A stretch of DNA of 64,000 nucleotides, taken from the NCBI GenBank assembly GCA_036630325.1, contig CP142729.1, positions 806,001 to 870,000 on the forward strand. The letters are read 5' to 3'. Position 1 is the stretch's first letter, and each line of letters begins with the position of its first letter. The position numbers were made by a program, and so were the translations under genes. The stretch comes from Vairimorpha necatrix (Eukaryota). Below the pieces are notes generated by a model that saw only the letters and a program-made list of their open reading frames with translations, searched no databases and was not told where the DNA came from. Shown piece after piece: positions 47,593 through 61,452 of the stretch.

Positions 47593-47665
47593 TATGCCAT
47601 GGTCGAGTGGTATGCTGTTTGTTTCTTTCACATGGTCCGCGGGTTCGAATCCAAACAAGTGCGTT
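47593..47665 (+). other. Degenerate tRNA-like sequence (A and B boxes) inside transposon B
   Basis: TGGTCGAGTGG ... GGTTCGAATCC. The stems do not pair. Confidence 0.5.
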
Positions 47666-47710
47666 TATTTATTTAAAAAAGATTTAACTTAGACAGGGCT
47701 TTCTGAAAGG

Positions 47711-47898
47711 AGGGGTCAACGCTTGCACGGGATGCAAATCCTAGCGGTCAACGCCTGCACGGCGTTGCATTTACTAGGGGTCAATGCTTGCACGGGATGC
47801 AAATCCTAAGGGTCAACACCTGCACGGTGTTGCATTTACTAGGGGTCAATGCTTGCACAAGCTGGAAATCCTAGGGGGTCAACGCTCGCGTAGCAACC
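47711..47898. repeat. Subterminal tandem array of ~32-bp units ending in the TIR of B
   Basis: Five alternating units with core GGTCAAYRCYTGCAC, then the TIR. Two inverted cores lie at the left end (35221-35259). Confidence 0.9.
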
Positions 47899-50555
47899 AT
47901 AAATAAGATAGACACAAAATTTTTATTAGATACTGGTCCTGAACGAAATTTTATTAGTCAAAGGGAGGCAGACAAGTTAAATCTAGAGATTGTAGAAGGA
48001 CAACCAATGACATATTTTTTGCAAACGGGGAAATGGAAATTATTTGCAAGTTTACTGAAACAAAAGTATTTATTCATGGAATAAGTGGACCGATAAAAGC
48101 TGAATTTTATTTATTAAAAGAACTATCCAAAGCTGTGATAATTGGAAGCCAATTTATGTTAGACAATGAAATGGTTTTGGATTTTAAAAACAAATTCGTG
48201 ATTATCGATGGTAAAGTTCTAAGGATGAACGAGACTGATGACTTAACTAAAGATGAGATTGACAACATTCTATTTGAACGTATAGGATTAATTAAGAATA
48301 AAGAAATTCTAAAAGGAATAAACTTAGAAAGAAATATAAAAAATTATATTAAAGAAAATGAAAATTTTCAAAGAATAAAAATTGCGCCCGTGAAATTATT
48401 TTTTGATGAAAATATAAAAAGTGAAACAATGAAAATACGCAATTATATGGTGCCAATCAAATATGAACAAGGGGCCAAAAAAGAACTTAAACGATTGATG
48501 GAATTGGATATGATAGAAATAACAAGAAATTGTTATGCAGCCCATCGTTCTTAATTGAAAAGAAAAACAGAGAACTGAGACTGGTAGTAGATTATAGATG
48601 GGTTAATAAGTTCATAAGGGACGAAGTATCCAGCATCCCGAGGATTTTTAATATGATAATAAAAAAAGGGCAGTCAAAGTATTTTTCAATAATAGAGCTA
48701 AAAAATGGATTTAATCAGACGGTATTCGATTTTGAGAGTAGAGATTTAACCATTTTTACCATGTTTCCCCGACAATTTAGATATAAGCGTATACCATTCG
48801 GATTGGAATGTGGACCGAAGTTATTTCTAATGACTATAAATAATATAATTGGTAATATAGAAAATTGTGCTGTTTATATTGACGATATTGTAATTTTTGC
48901 TGATACTTTATAAAAACATAATGAAACCGTTAATCAGGTATTAGATAATTTAAGAAAATTTACTGTTAAAATAAACTTTGAAAAGACGACATTTCTTACC
49001 GAAGCACTAAATTTATTGGGAAGTATCATAGAAAATGGAGAAATAAAGATTGATTTAAAAGTGTACACAAAATACTAGAAGTTTTGGAGCCCTTTACATC
49101 GAAAAAAGATATACAGAAAATTGTAGGGATAATCACGTGGTATCGAAATTTCATACCGGACGTAAGCAGGAAAATAGTTTGTATTACAAAACTTTTACAA
49201 AAAAGTTCTAAAGAGCACTGTTCCTTAGAACACTCTGAGGCGTTAGAAAAAATTAAAGAAGATATATTAACGAGAGCACACTTTAAAATGCCAGATTTTA
49301 AGAAAACATTTTACTTGCAAACGGATGCCTCTCTTTAAGGAATGGGAGCAGCATTGTTTCAGGAACATGGAACAATAAATTATTACAGCAAAAAATTTAA
49401 CGATATTGAACGAAATTATTCAATAGTGGAAAAGGAAATGTATGCTATTGTTAAAAGCCTAGAATTTTACCTTGGACTATTACAGGGATTTCATACGGTA
49501 ATAGAAACTGCATTTTTGCGAATAAGGAAATTTCGAAACGAGTAGAAAGATGGAAATTACTTTTGAACGAATTTAACATTACAATAAAAAATATAGAAGG
49601 AAATAATAATAACATAGCGGACCGACTCTCAAGATGTTGCATAATATCGGGGAAAAGAATGACCGAATTACAAAGAATTTTGTAGGAAAGTGCAAGATAT
49701 GAGAACAATACTTTACAAAAAGATGAAAAAGAGCGAATCAAAGTCGATAATGAAAAAAGAAAACGATTTATAGAAGACATGCATGTTTTATCTGTACATG
49801 CAGGAATGAGTACTTTATATCAAAACTTAAAATGTATATACAAAGTCAAAAATATAAGAACAACAATCAGAAAGGTAGTAGAAAGCTGTGAAGTATGCAT
49901 TAAATGTAAGGAGAATAAAAAGAAGTCGAAGATAAAATATATAATATTTTCAGAGAGGATTTTCAGGGTATTATTCAGTAACATATTTGGACCCTTTAAT
50001 TTAAATAAATATCAGCACGATGAGCTTGATAGCAATGGGTATTTTTTGACACTGACCAATGTATATAGTAGATAAACTTTAGTAAAATTTTATACGAAAG
50101 TAACTAATTAAGAATTGTTAAATACCATAAAGGCTTGGATAAAAGAGTTCGAAGCACCTGATACAATTATTTGTGACAATGGTAAACATTATACGAGTAA
50201 GGAATTTGAAAAATTTTGCAATATAGAAGAAATCAAAATAACGAATACGCCAAAGTATCACCCATCATCGAATGGAATTAGTGAACGATTAAACCAAATG
50301 ATAGCTGAAGTTTTAAGAATATACAAAGGAGAACAAATCGATAACGTAACATAAATGATAAACAGAAGATTAAATATCAACTTTCATAGAGGAATTGGAA
50401 TCGCACCGATAACGGTTATAATGTCTTACTCCTATTTTGATAAGGATAAAAAGGAGGTTAAATATGCTTTAAAATTATTGGTAGAGCCCAAACATTTGTC
50501 AAAATCGGAACGAACGGAAATATATATCAATGATGTAGTCTACATAAGAAATTTT

Positions 50556-51813
50556 GGTTAAGTTCTCGACTTACCCCCCTCCCTAAAAAAAATAAAAAAA
50601 AATAAAAAAAAGGGGAAAAAATAAAAAAATAAATTATTTGACCCATAATGAGAATTAAAGAATTTAGAAAACTCATCTATAAAAAAAATGAGTTAATGAA
50701 ATTTTTAATTGCAAAAAACATTTTGAGGGTCCCTATGTGCAATAAATGCAATATACCAATGACTCAAAAACGGACCAACACTGAAAACTATCGTTGTTAT
50801 TTAAGACGTGATGGTAAAAAATGTTCTTACAAAGGAACCATAATGAAACAAAGCGTTTTTAAGAACTCAAAATTGTCTATTGAGGATCTTTTAATATTGC
50901 TTTGCGAATGGGTAAAGGGTTCAAGTAATTTGGCCGCCACGTTAGAACTTGATATAGGTAAATGTACGGTATCAAGATGGTTTACGCGTTTTAATAACGC
51001 CGCGTACGTCTGCTATCCAACATATATAAACAATCAAAGGATTGGCGGCGTCGGTTGTATTGTTGAAATTGATAAAACTTTACTTGTAAAAAGTAAAAAC
51101 CATGCGGGAGGGTTCTTCAATATCAAGTATGGGCAGTTGGAGGCGTTGTGAGAGGGGATGCGAATTCTTTTTTTTTTGAAATCGTAGAAAATAGATTAAG
51201 AGCCACTCTTGTTGAATTAATCACAAGGAAAATTGCTCCGGGGACCACAATTGTGACAGATTGTTGGCGCGGCTATAGTGATATTTAAACAATCAGTGTA
51301 GAATATGAGTATCTACATTTGACTGTGAATCACAGCCAAAATTTTGTTGATAATATAACTGGTGCGCATACTCAGACTATAGAGGGAATGTGGTCGGTTC
51401 TTAAAAGAGAACTAAGAAAAAGCGGAACTAGTCATGGTACTATTATGAATCTTGTAAGAAAGTATGATATCCTAAATATCATAAAAATAGTTTATAATAT
51501 TTCTCTCCAAATTCTTCCAGTTTTACCTCCAACAACTATTTTAATATTTTATCCAGAGCGGGGTACGGAGTTATGGAAAGAAGAACTAATATTTACAATA
51601 AAAATATTTTACATACTTTCCTCAGTGGTGGATACCACAGAAAGATTTACATTAATAGATTCAAATAGATATATCATGAACATCTATTAGATAAAATGTT
51701 AGAATTTTTTGAAATAGGTAAATTTAGTATATGATATTATTCCTGAAATAGATTTTACAATTGTGGAACAATTTTTTTTGTTTTTTTAGGGGGGGTAAGT
51801 CGAGAACTTAACC
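50556..51813 (+). mobile_element. Merlin (IS1595-like) DNA transposon with a disrupted transposase
   Basis: TIR GGTTAAGTTCTCGACTTACCCCCC, 8-bp TSD GAAATTTT. Motifs VEIDK, TDCWRGY, TVNHSQNFVD..TGAHTQTIEGMW, with a frameshift and a stop. Confidence 0.95.
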
Positions 51814-53394
51814 GAAATTTTAATGCTAATAAATATAAGACAGATATATAGGGCCTTGCAAAATTGAAAAATTAGGTGATCTAAAGCTATGGTGTAAAAT
51901 AGAAGGAAGAAGCGAGTGGATTCATGTAAATGACATTAAGGCTACAAGAAAGTAATATAATTGGTTTTTTTTCGGGGAGGGTAGACTGTGGTATCCACAA
52001 GTAATTCATTTTTTTGTTCTTTGTATGTTTGATCAGAACGAATTGTTTACAAACAAACAAAGAAAACTATAAATATAAATTTTGCCCTTACCCATACCTA
52101 ATAAATACAGACCAACGATGAATATGAGAAAACAAAGACAAAACATTGTAAATGAAAAAAATAGTTTCTACGACCACAACAACAAGCTGGATCATTTTTA
52201 CCAGCATAGCTACGTCAAAATTATAAAAAGTTTCCATGTGTATGTAAAATATTTTTATTCATATGAATATTCCCTGTATAATTGCATTTTAGTTTATTTT
52301 AGTACTCAGTAAATATAGTATTACAACATATTTTTATTGTTTCTTTTATTGCTACGCTTACTGATAGCTTTATTGGCCTTGCTCCTATTAGATTACATGC
52401 CCTTCTTTTTTTTAATTTATTTTTGTTTTACAAGAGTACTAATAATTCGTATATGGCTTCTACACATATCAAAAGCCGTTTAATTGTTAACGTTTTTCTG
52501 GCTAATGATAAGATACTGGCAGATTTTATGTATGTAATATGTCGTAATAACATGATAGTGACATAATAAAATTATATTAATTTACTTGTCAAAAATGTTA
52601 GCTTTTGATAAATACTAACAAATTAAGAATGTTTTCTTAGATAAAATTTTGAGGTACAAAAGTAATATATAAAATTATCAAACATAAAGAAAAGAATTTT
52701 AAAAACAACATATATTCATGATCATGCACAAAAAATTTTTGGCCGCAATCAAAAAAATGCGTTTTTCTTTTAAAGATAAACCCAGAAACATTTAAATATA
52801 AGTTAAAGTAAGGAGCTATAACTGTATATTACCAACACGGGCAATCGAAAAAGTTGTTTATTGAAATGAAAATTTTTTTGATGTAATCTAGTATCCCTTC
52901 TTTTAGAAATGTTTTTAATGCTTTATGTATTTAATCAAACCTCTACTTGTAAAACCTTTTTTTTCTTTATTTAATCGGATACTAGTGCAGGAGTATAAAT
53001 ATAAACAAATATGTTAAAAAAATATAAAATTTCTCATTTATTATATGTGTTCTAAAAAAAAATATAAGAATAATATCAACCTATCATAACTCTCGTGGAT
53101 TTATTTTATTTGACCACAAAAAATAATTTTCATGGTTTTTAATATTTAATGAAAACTTTAATATATGTTGTTATGAATATGTTTTTGATTTAGTCAAAGT
53201 TCGTGTGCTTCTTGGGATATATTGTCTTAAACAAAAAATTAGAAAATATCAACCAAACTTCAACAAACCGAATTATTTCTGAAAAAAAGTACAAAATGAT
53301 TTTTTATTAGAGAATAGGGTCTTGATCTGAAAAATATAAACTTTTTTTGCAAAAAAAAAGTCATTAATTTATAAAGAAATAGATATACCATAAA

Positions 53395-56300
53395 AATAAA
53401 AAGATTTATTGAGTTAATTTTGCATCAGTCTTTTTTATTTTTAGCACAGCTTTCTCCGATATCGCTCATAGGGGTTGTCTCCACAGACTTTGGTTTCTGT
53501 GTAATTATTTATGATTTATAACTCCAAATTTCCAACTTCATCTCCTTTGCCGACACCACCTCTTTAACACTCGCCATATTCCCTACTGTGCAAACATCTT
53601 TAGCCACATCTTTCTCTTCTGCATCCTCCTGATCGTATTATCGTCGTCTCAGAGAAATGGACTCTAGAGTCTTCTTCATCACAATAGACTGGATATATGC
53701 TTCAAGGCAGGGTTGGATTACAACTAGTTAATTTACTTTTTGTAATGTTTTGTCACCACTATCCGACGCTCATTTCATAAATAACAATTCTTTGCGGGTT
53801 TATGTAAAAATCCCAACTCATTTCCAAAAGGTAATTTTTTTTTAATTTTTCATTCTCAACTAGAATAAGTCGATCCTGAGTGGTTCTACCAACTTCAACT
53901 ATTAAATTATCTTTCTTCTCCTTGTAAAACACAAGAATATCAGGCTTTTTATGGGACACCTTTACATTAGTAAATATTCCTTGTTTCTACTCTTATTTCC
54001 GCACGATCATTTTTTATGATCTCCTGATTGAGTGTCCACGTATTTTCTTTGTCTTCTTAGCCCCATATTTAATACATAGTAAGAGATGAATGAATCTAAC
54101 TACCTTGTTGTGTTTTTTCTAAAATAAAAACATAACATTCGATCACACTTGGTAGCTAAATGATCCAAAGTCTTTCTATGAGATCCACAATGGGGACAAT
54201 GTCTCTCTCGTTTACAGAAAATATTTCTATCATGTAGGAAGCAATAAATTGCTTCGGATCTAGCCTTATTGTTTTCTTTGACCAGGCAGGTAGAAGAGTC
54301 CTTATTGCTTACTAAATATTGCCCTTAGCTTTAAACAACTTTCCACGGTTTGTTCTTACTTCAATTTTGTTGTAAAGCGCTTCTTTCTGGGATTCTATTA
54401 GGATTTTTTGGGGGCTCTCTCTCACAAAGCTATATCAAATCCTTTGATACTCATTAATTGTAAACAAGCGGTCTTGCTATCCGCTTCTACGCAAAGTATC
54501 GCTGCCCGTCTTGGTTAGCTATTTCTGCCCATCTAATGTCTTATGTATATTGAGAAGCTTTTTCGCTATTATTTTTGATACTTATAAGGCCTCTTCCCAT
54601 TTCAGATCTAGGTAGATATAGTCTTTCCTTGCGGGCAGGCTGTAGATGGGCCTGGTCTTAATAATTACCTGTCGGTTATAAAATGAAGACTTTTGAATTC
54701 TATTGGTTCTAATTTTAGAAGTTCTACATAATTATTCATTACTGATATTGCATGCTTATTAAAAGCTTGAATTATATTCTTACCATTTGATTATGGATTG
54801 CACAGTTTTTTAACCCTTTGTAAGATCTCATTACTTACTTCTTAAATAGTCTCTCTTTTGACAGCATTAAAGGCTCCCGCTGTTTTTCCGCGGCATTTGC
54901 AACCTTTATGCACTTTTTAACTACTGAATCTTTACTACAATCACTACGGTTAGTTGCAGACTTGCTCCTGTTCATTTCTAGACCTACAGCTAAGAAAACC
55001 TTTTTAGTATTCCTCTTCATCAGTTTTAGAACTACATCGTTTTCTGCGAAGATCACAAGATAATCAATAAATAGAAGATTGTTTGTTACATAAAAACTTT
55101 CGTAAGTCTGTATTCCTACTTTTGGGTAAGTTGAGTTCAGTTTCCTGCTCATCCGGTCCATACATAGTACAAACAAAAGCTGCAACAAGAGATCATCTAG
55201 TAAAATTCTTATTTCAATCTTCTCATTCAGTATCGTTTTAGACCCTGATGGTATCTCACTGTGACACCTTTAACCCGTGGCTTTTAACAATTTACTTATC
55301 TATTGAAAGAGATTTAAATTGCTAATACACGTTGATAGATAAGAGGTCTACCAAGTCGTAGGCTTTCTTTACTATTATTGACATAGTCTTCAGCTTCTTT
55401 GCATGCTCATTGTGATTGTATAATAATCATAGCATGTTCTTTTTCTCCTTGGACTTGTCTATCTTTCCTAGTTGGTTCTCTACTGAGAGACCTCTACTTT
55501 AAACAATTAGCAGCCTTCTTTCGTAGTGTATTTCATTGTAAGCTTGTAAGGTTCGATATATAGGTAATAGGCCTGAAGTTATCACCACCCGTATGTACCT
55601 TTGGGTATTAGATAAGTAATCCCTTTGTAGAACCAAGCTTCGGGTTCTTTCCATCCAGGCATATTTTCAGACAATCTTGTAAAGGAATGGACGTAGAGCT
55701 TCACACTTCTTAATAAAGAAATTGAAGATTCCATCACAGCCTCCAGCCTTCCAATTTAGTAAATATTTAATAATATCTACAAATTCTTCTAAGGCGAGAA
55801 AGTGATCCGATATTGGCTATCAGGAATGTAATATAGAATAAACTTCTCGAAACTATTGCAGTCTTCGGATTGCTCTTTCTAAATCACATGTTGAACCAGG
55901 TTAAACTAATATCTTCTTTGCTTACATTGTGAGTACCTCGTCGGCGCACTTAATTATTCCAAAAAAATTGCTTCTATAGAGCTTGAAATTTTGATTCTCG
56001 AGCCTATACTCTCTGAGTCGGCCAGCGACCTCTAGCTTCCTTTTGTATATGGCTTTCCCTTCGTTGAGTATAGCATTGGCTTCAAAATTATCTCGGTGTA
56101 AACATGCAAGCATGTTAAGTTCTGAAAACCTTCATGGCTTCACGCTTTTCTAATTTGAAAGTTATTCAAAAGCCCTGGTCCTTTTGATAAAGTCTACCTT
56201 GTCTTCGATACAGCAATCTTTTTCAAAATACTTTCCATTCAAGACGAAATTTAGGCCTTTACTGGCCATTTATTGATAGCAGATCCGTGAAGCTTACATT

Positions 56301-56960
56301 ATCCTTGCCATTTTTGTCATGTTATAAGGGGGCGGGATTTAACGAAGCTTTCTACCACCTTTTTATGGCATCAAGTATCAACAGATCAACCAATAAAAGA
56401 TATCTCCCTCGTTCTTTCTACCTGGTCCACTCATATGTTCTGGATTAAGCTAAATTTCCCCAAGACAAATTTTTGTGCTTTTAGGTAGAGCTCGGTTTCG
56501 ATAAGACTAGTCCCTTCATTCGAACTGGTATCGCCTTTTATCTTTTGGTAGGATTATTATGAATTCCCGGGCTGTCATTTGTCTACCACTATTACTAGTG
56601 AGTGCTAAGCTTTAACCTTGAATTCTGGTTAACTCATGTCAGATCCAAGTTTTCACAGAACACTTCGGTAGCTTTGTTCCACTTCCTCTTGACATTCTAC
56701 ATAATCTTAGTATGATTGATAGAAATACTTTTTGAGGCCGCTCTGATTCACTCGCTTCGGTATTGACAAGTATTTCTGCAAAGTCTCGGAAGTGGATTGA
56801 TTAGACACACAGGTGTAAGCTGGCCTCTATTATTTTTCTAATGCTTCGGAGATTTGTTTTGTTTGTTTCAGTTTCTTCCACATGCTCTGTCCTTACCATT
56901 GTCTATGATTTTGTATATATAATATATTACTTGAAATTAAGTTCAACTTTCTTAATCTTC
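53395..56960 (-). mobile_element. Decayed RLE-type non-LTR retrotransposon (R2/R4/NeSL group)
   Basis: RT remnant NNLLFID, CPHC...DHLATKC finger, KPDI...IVEVG endonuclease. Many frameshifts. Confidence 0.8.
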
Positions 56961-57699
56961 AATAAACTATTAATAAACATTTTATTCTTTTCTTGCAATG
57001 GATAGATAATCCCATTGCATTTTTAGAAGACTTTAAGTTAAGATCACGTAATCGAAAAAACCTTAATTCTCCTACTAAAATTTTTAATCTTGACTTGACG
57101 GCACACAAAAGCTTTGTCGTGACTTATCACTTATTTCTTTGTAAATAGATCAACATTGTTGCTATATTGGTCCATAAAAACATAAAGCTCGACACAATAA
57201 GCGACAATTGTATGTAAAATCCAAAAGAAAACGTAGTTGTTAAAACATATTTATAGCGCACACGTTCTATCATACTGCGATATACCGACTTCACATTTTT
57301 TCTTCAAAGATAACAATTCTCTCAGACTACAGCCGACGCAAAACAGATCAATAGCAAAATACTCCAAATTTTGTTAAATGGTTTAGTTTTTCATATTGGC
57401 TCGAAATCTATAGGGTTAACGAGCACATCTAAGATCATTTTATGCCACACAGAGTACTTTATGAACCTAAAATACCGGAAGAGAATGTGTCTTTTATGTT
57501 GTATGAATTCGTTTTTAAATTTAGATGAACGTGTTCTTATGCGTGACAAATGGTACAAAACGGGTTGGGATGCATTGGATATTGGAACCCGTTTTGAAAA
57601 AAAGGAAAAATAAAAAAAACAAAAAAAAGTCACAAAGCACTTTTTTTTAAATAATAGAAGACGATTTTTACGTCAACTTTTCATTATTATATAAGATTA

Positions 57700-58030
57700 G
57701 AAGAACTGTAAAAGGTACTCATAGTGTTCGTCCTGGTCTGTTTCATGTCTAGACCACATTTTTTTAGAATTAAACCAAAATCTCTCAATTTGTATATTAT
57801 TGTGTCTCAGGATCTTTAAAGATTACAAATTGATGACGCGATTTACACCCCTGTGCTCCGTCCTAGTGATTCGTCTAATGCGGCATCATATGCTACCATT
57901 GATAATGATCACAATAGAACAAGATAATATATTATCTTGTATTACCTCAAGAGGGATGCCCGCAATTCACTAGTCTAGGGCAAGTAAAGCGCACGCTGTT
58001 TTATCGTTTTTAATTTTCTGAAAAAGAACT
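57700..58030 (-). pseudogene. Merlin-like transposase remnant
   Basis: Similar to 7881-8190 (atattat..tg.attacctcaag; SIVII.QW; PETHNNIQIE). Confidence 0.45.
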
Positions 58031-58149
58031 TTATTTTTTTTCATATTCAATTTTCACTATTCTGTTTCAACCAATTTTGTCATTTTTTAAAGGGATCCTT
58101 GCAAATTTTCAATGCGGAGTCAAAACGGTCATGATATGTACCGGAATTC

Positions 58150-59380
58150 TTGAGGGACAGAAAAAAGGTGTCTTTTCTCATTTGAGATACAACTCTATTA
58201 AAGATAAGTTAAACTTATAATGTTATTTTATTGGATCATTTAGCTACCAAGTGTGATCGAATGTTATGTTTTGATTATATAAAAAAGCACAACAAGGTAG
58301 TTAGATGCATTCATCTCTTACTATGTATTAAATATGGGGCTAAGAAGACAAAGAAAATACGTGGACACTCAATCAGGAGATCATAAAAAATGATCGTGCG
58401 GAAATAAGAGTAGAAACAGGGAATATTTACTAATGTAAAGGTGGCCCATAAAAAGCCTGATATTCTTGTGTTTTACAAGGAGAAGAAAGAAAATTTAATA
58501 GTTGAGGTTGGTAAAACCACTCAGGATCGACTTATTCTAGTCGAGAATGAAAAATAAAAAAAAACATTACCTTTTGCAAATGAGTTGGGATTAATACATA
58601 AACCCGCAAAGAATTGTTATTTATTGTCCTGTATCGCAGGAAGTTTCTTGAATTTAAAATAATTGTTAAAAATATTTTTATTATTGTTTATATTATTATA
58701 TTTATTATGGGCGTATGAGGTCTTCCCATTTCTAGACTAACCCTTCTTGCTAGTGTTTTCCTCTCTGAACATTCTGTACCCTTTCTTTGTGAAGTTCCTT
58801 TTATATTTTATAATGACTTATTCGTCCCTCCCAATATTACAACAAACATATGAGTACTTATAATCGTACCACGAAATATAAGATTTCGTTTTGTTTGGTT
58901 GTTTGTATGACCTCATGATTGGTCATCCTAAATAATTTGAAAAATAAACAAATAAAACTAAATTGAGATGTTAGGCATAACATCACTATTATGAAATGAG
59001 CATCGGATAGTGGTGACCAAACATTACAAAAAGTAAATTAACTAGTTGTAATTCATCTCTGCCTTGAAGCATATATCCAGTCTATTGTGATAAAGAAGAC
59101 TCTAGAGTCCATCTCTTTGGAACGACGCCGAGGATACGATCCGGAGGATGCAGGGAAGAAGGAGTGGTTAGAGCTGTAAGCGTACTGGGAACTTGGCGAC
59201 TGTTAAAGAAGTGGTGTCGGCAAGGGGGATGAAGTTGGAAATTTGGAGCTATAAATCATAAATAATTATACAGAAACCAAAGTCTGTGAAGAGCTGAATC
59301 CTATTAGGGATACCGGGGAAAGCTGGTCTATGAATATCTAATCTTAATGATAAATTAACTTAATAAATCCTTTATTACTT
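58150..59380 (+). mobile_element. 5'-truncated second copy of the RLE element in inverted orientation, with a ~364-bp insert at 58625-58988
   Basis: High similarity to the reverse complement of 53400-54170. The insert starts with TG and is bounded by TTAT. Confidence 0.8.
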
Positions 59381-61200
59381 TAAAAAAAAACGTTTATTTT
59401 GTTTATCTTCCATACCCCTAAGTATAATTTTTCTTTTATATATTTTTATTATTTGTTTACGGGATAAACAAATTAAGAAATATCAAAATATATGTTTGAT
59501 ATGTGGGATACCACATCCTGCCCTCTTCTTCTACTTTAGCCCAATTCCCTTTCTTCCCAATCTCTTTGATCGTGCAATGTCCTTTGTATTATTCGTCCAT
59601 TTTTCCAGTTTTGAAATCTCTAGAAAATACCTTCATATTCATTTTTAAATTTTTGTCGTTATTTTGATTTGACGTGGTTGGACCTGATTTGTATTTTGAG
59701 TCTTTTATGTTGTTTTTTCGTCTGAATGGGCCAAAAAACTGTATTGTTTCTCTAATTTGATGGAGAACAGCCGATTGTTCTATTGTAATTTACGTTCAGT
59801 TTAGTGTTTATCTTATTTGTTATGTCGTGGTGTTCTTTGGCTTGTTTATCCTTAAACATTCAGCAATAAAACTGTTTTGTCTTTCTGCCATTCCATTGCT
59901 TTGGGGTGGTATATTGGAGTGGTAACAAGTATAATTCCTCTACTTTTCTCATATTTTTCAGTAAGTTTTTCTCCGGTAAATTAAGTGCCGTTGTTCATGA
60001 TGATTTTTCGGGTTGGGTGAATTTAACTTTCCATTTGTCTGTACATTTTATTATTGTATCATCGGAGATGTTGTCTAATAGATATACCCTCGAGATCCTT
60101 AAGTAAACATCTGTTGTACAAAGATAATAAGCCCTATAATGGACTGTATCATGTTCAAAAATTTCAAGGTACAAATGGTCCAAATATGTCCATTGCTATT
60201 GTTCCGTAAATTTTATCAGATTCAATCTGTAATTTCTGAGCTTTGACTTTCACTTTCTTGTTTAAGTTACATACATATTCTGCAATTTTTTGTTATTGCG
60301 ATTATTTTATTTTTTAATTTAATTATGTTGTAGAAGGGGAGAATATTTTTATTCAATACTACAATTCCTGGGTGGCCAGCTAAATTATGTATTCTGATTA
60401 GAAATTTTTTGGCTTCGGCGTTTTTGATTGTTATTTTGTCATCTTATTCCGCTTCCAATTTTTTTTTCCGGATTTGTTGTCTGATATTTTCTCTGCATAT
60501 TGTTCTAGAATGTTTGTAAGGTTATTTTCTTGTCTGACTTTTTCTATTTTAAAACATCTTGATAGGTAATCCGCTACAGAATTATTCTCTCCTGCGATTT
60601 GTTTCATGCAGTAATTATGTTCTATCGTCGTCGCATCCCACATTTCTATTCTTCTGCTTATTTTGCTTTTGAACATAAAATTCCTATTGTCTGTATAGAT
60701 TTCGATGTAATTTCTGAGTACTATGTTATTGCACTTATCGTTCGCGTATACTATTGCAAAGTATTACTTTTCCAATATTGTGTAATGCTTTCTGTTTTAT
60801 TAAATTACATGCTCAAATTTACAATTATTCCATGTTCTTGTGATAGTAGTGCGTCCATTCCTAGTTCAGAGGCATCGTAATGCAACGTAATTTTTTTTGC
60901 TGTAGTCTGGCAGTACTAAATTGCCATTGTTCTTTAGTGTGCTTATTAACTTGTTAATCGATAGATTGTTTTCTTTTGTTGGCTTGACCTTTTTTTCGTT
61001 TCCTTTTAGATTTTATGTTAAGCTTGAATTTCTAGACTTAAGTTTTGGGGTATATTTTCTGTACCAATTTAATTTGCCAATTGAGTTTTTGTAGATCTTA
61101 ATTTGCATGGCATTTCATGTTTTCAATTAATTTACTGTTCTTCGTAAGAGGGTACATTTTTTAGTTAAAAATTTTTGTCCCTAAGATTTCGGTGTCTTTT

Positions 61201-61452
61201 TGTGGTACCCACCACAGTCATTTCTTAAATTTTTCTTCCTTTTCAATTTTTAAAAAATATTTTCTGTAAATAAAAAATATGAGAAGAAGGGCACACAAAA
61301 AAGGAAAAGACATAATAACTCAGACAGACAACTAAGGAACATGACTCTTCAGCAAGATCATAAAAACAAACATTTTATATAAAACAAATCATTCATTTGT
61401 TCATTCATAGAACAACAACTTCGTTTCGGGCACCTCCCTAAGGGTTGCGACA
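61201..61452. mobile_element. Solo LTR
   Basis: TG..CA, 252 bp, TSD CTTTT. Removing it restores RT residues EFCTKDTEILG. Confidence 0.85.

Larger units (their letters stand above)
35217..47898 (-). mobile_element. TIR DNA transposon B with a retroviral-integrase-type (Ginger/KRBA2-like) transposase; about 2.3 kb once inserts are removed
   Basis: Imperfect TIRs sharing CGCGAGCGTTGACCCC; TSD ATAAAT. Removing it restores KVINKIDTKFLLDTG in element A. Confidence 0.85.
34115..52217 (+). mobile_element. Old Ty3/Gypsy element A, host of the nested insertions
   Basis: Diverged LTRs 34115-34350 and 51987-52217 (TG..CA), PPT GGGGAGGG, imperfect TSD TAATT/AAATT. gag remnant 34419-35210; decayed PR (LLDTG)-RT (YIDD)-RH-IN at 47899-50555 and 51822-51960. 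Confidence 0.9.

Noticed and set aside
47711-47898. CRISPR-like array of ~32-bp units
   Set aside because: The intervening parts repeat alternately rather than being unique spacers, the core equals the transposon TIR, and there are no cas genes in this eukaryotic DNA.
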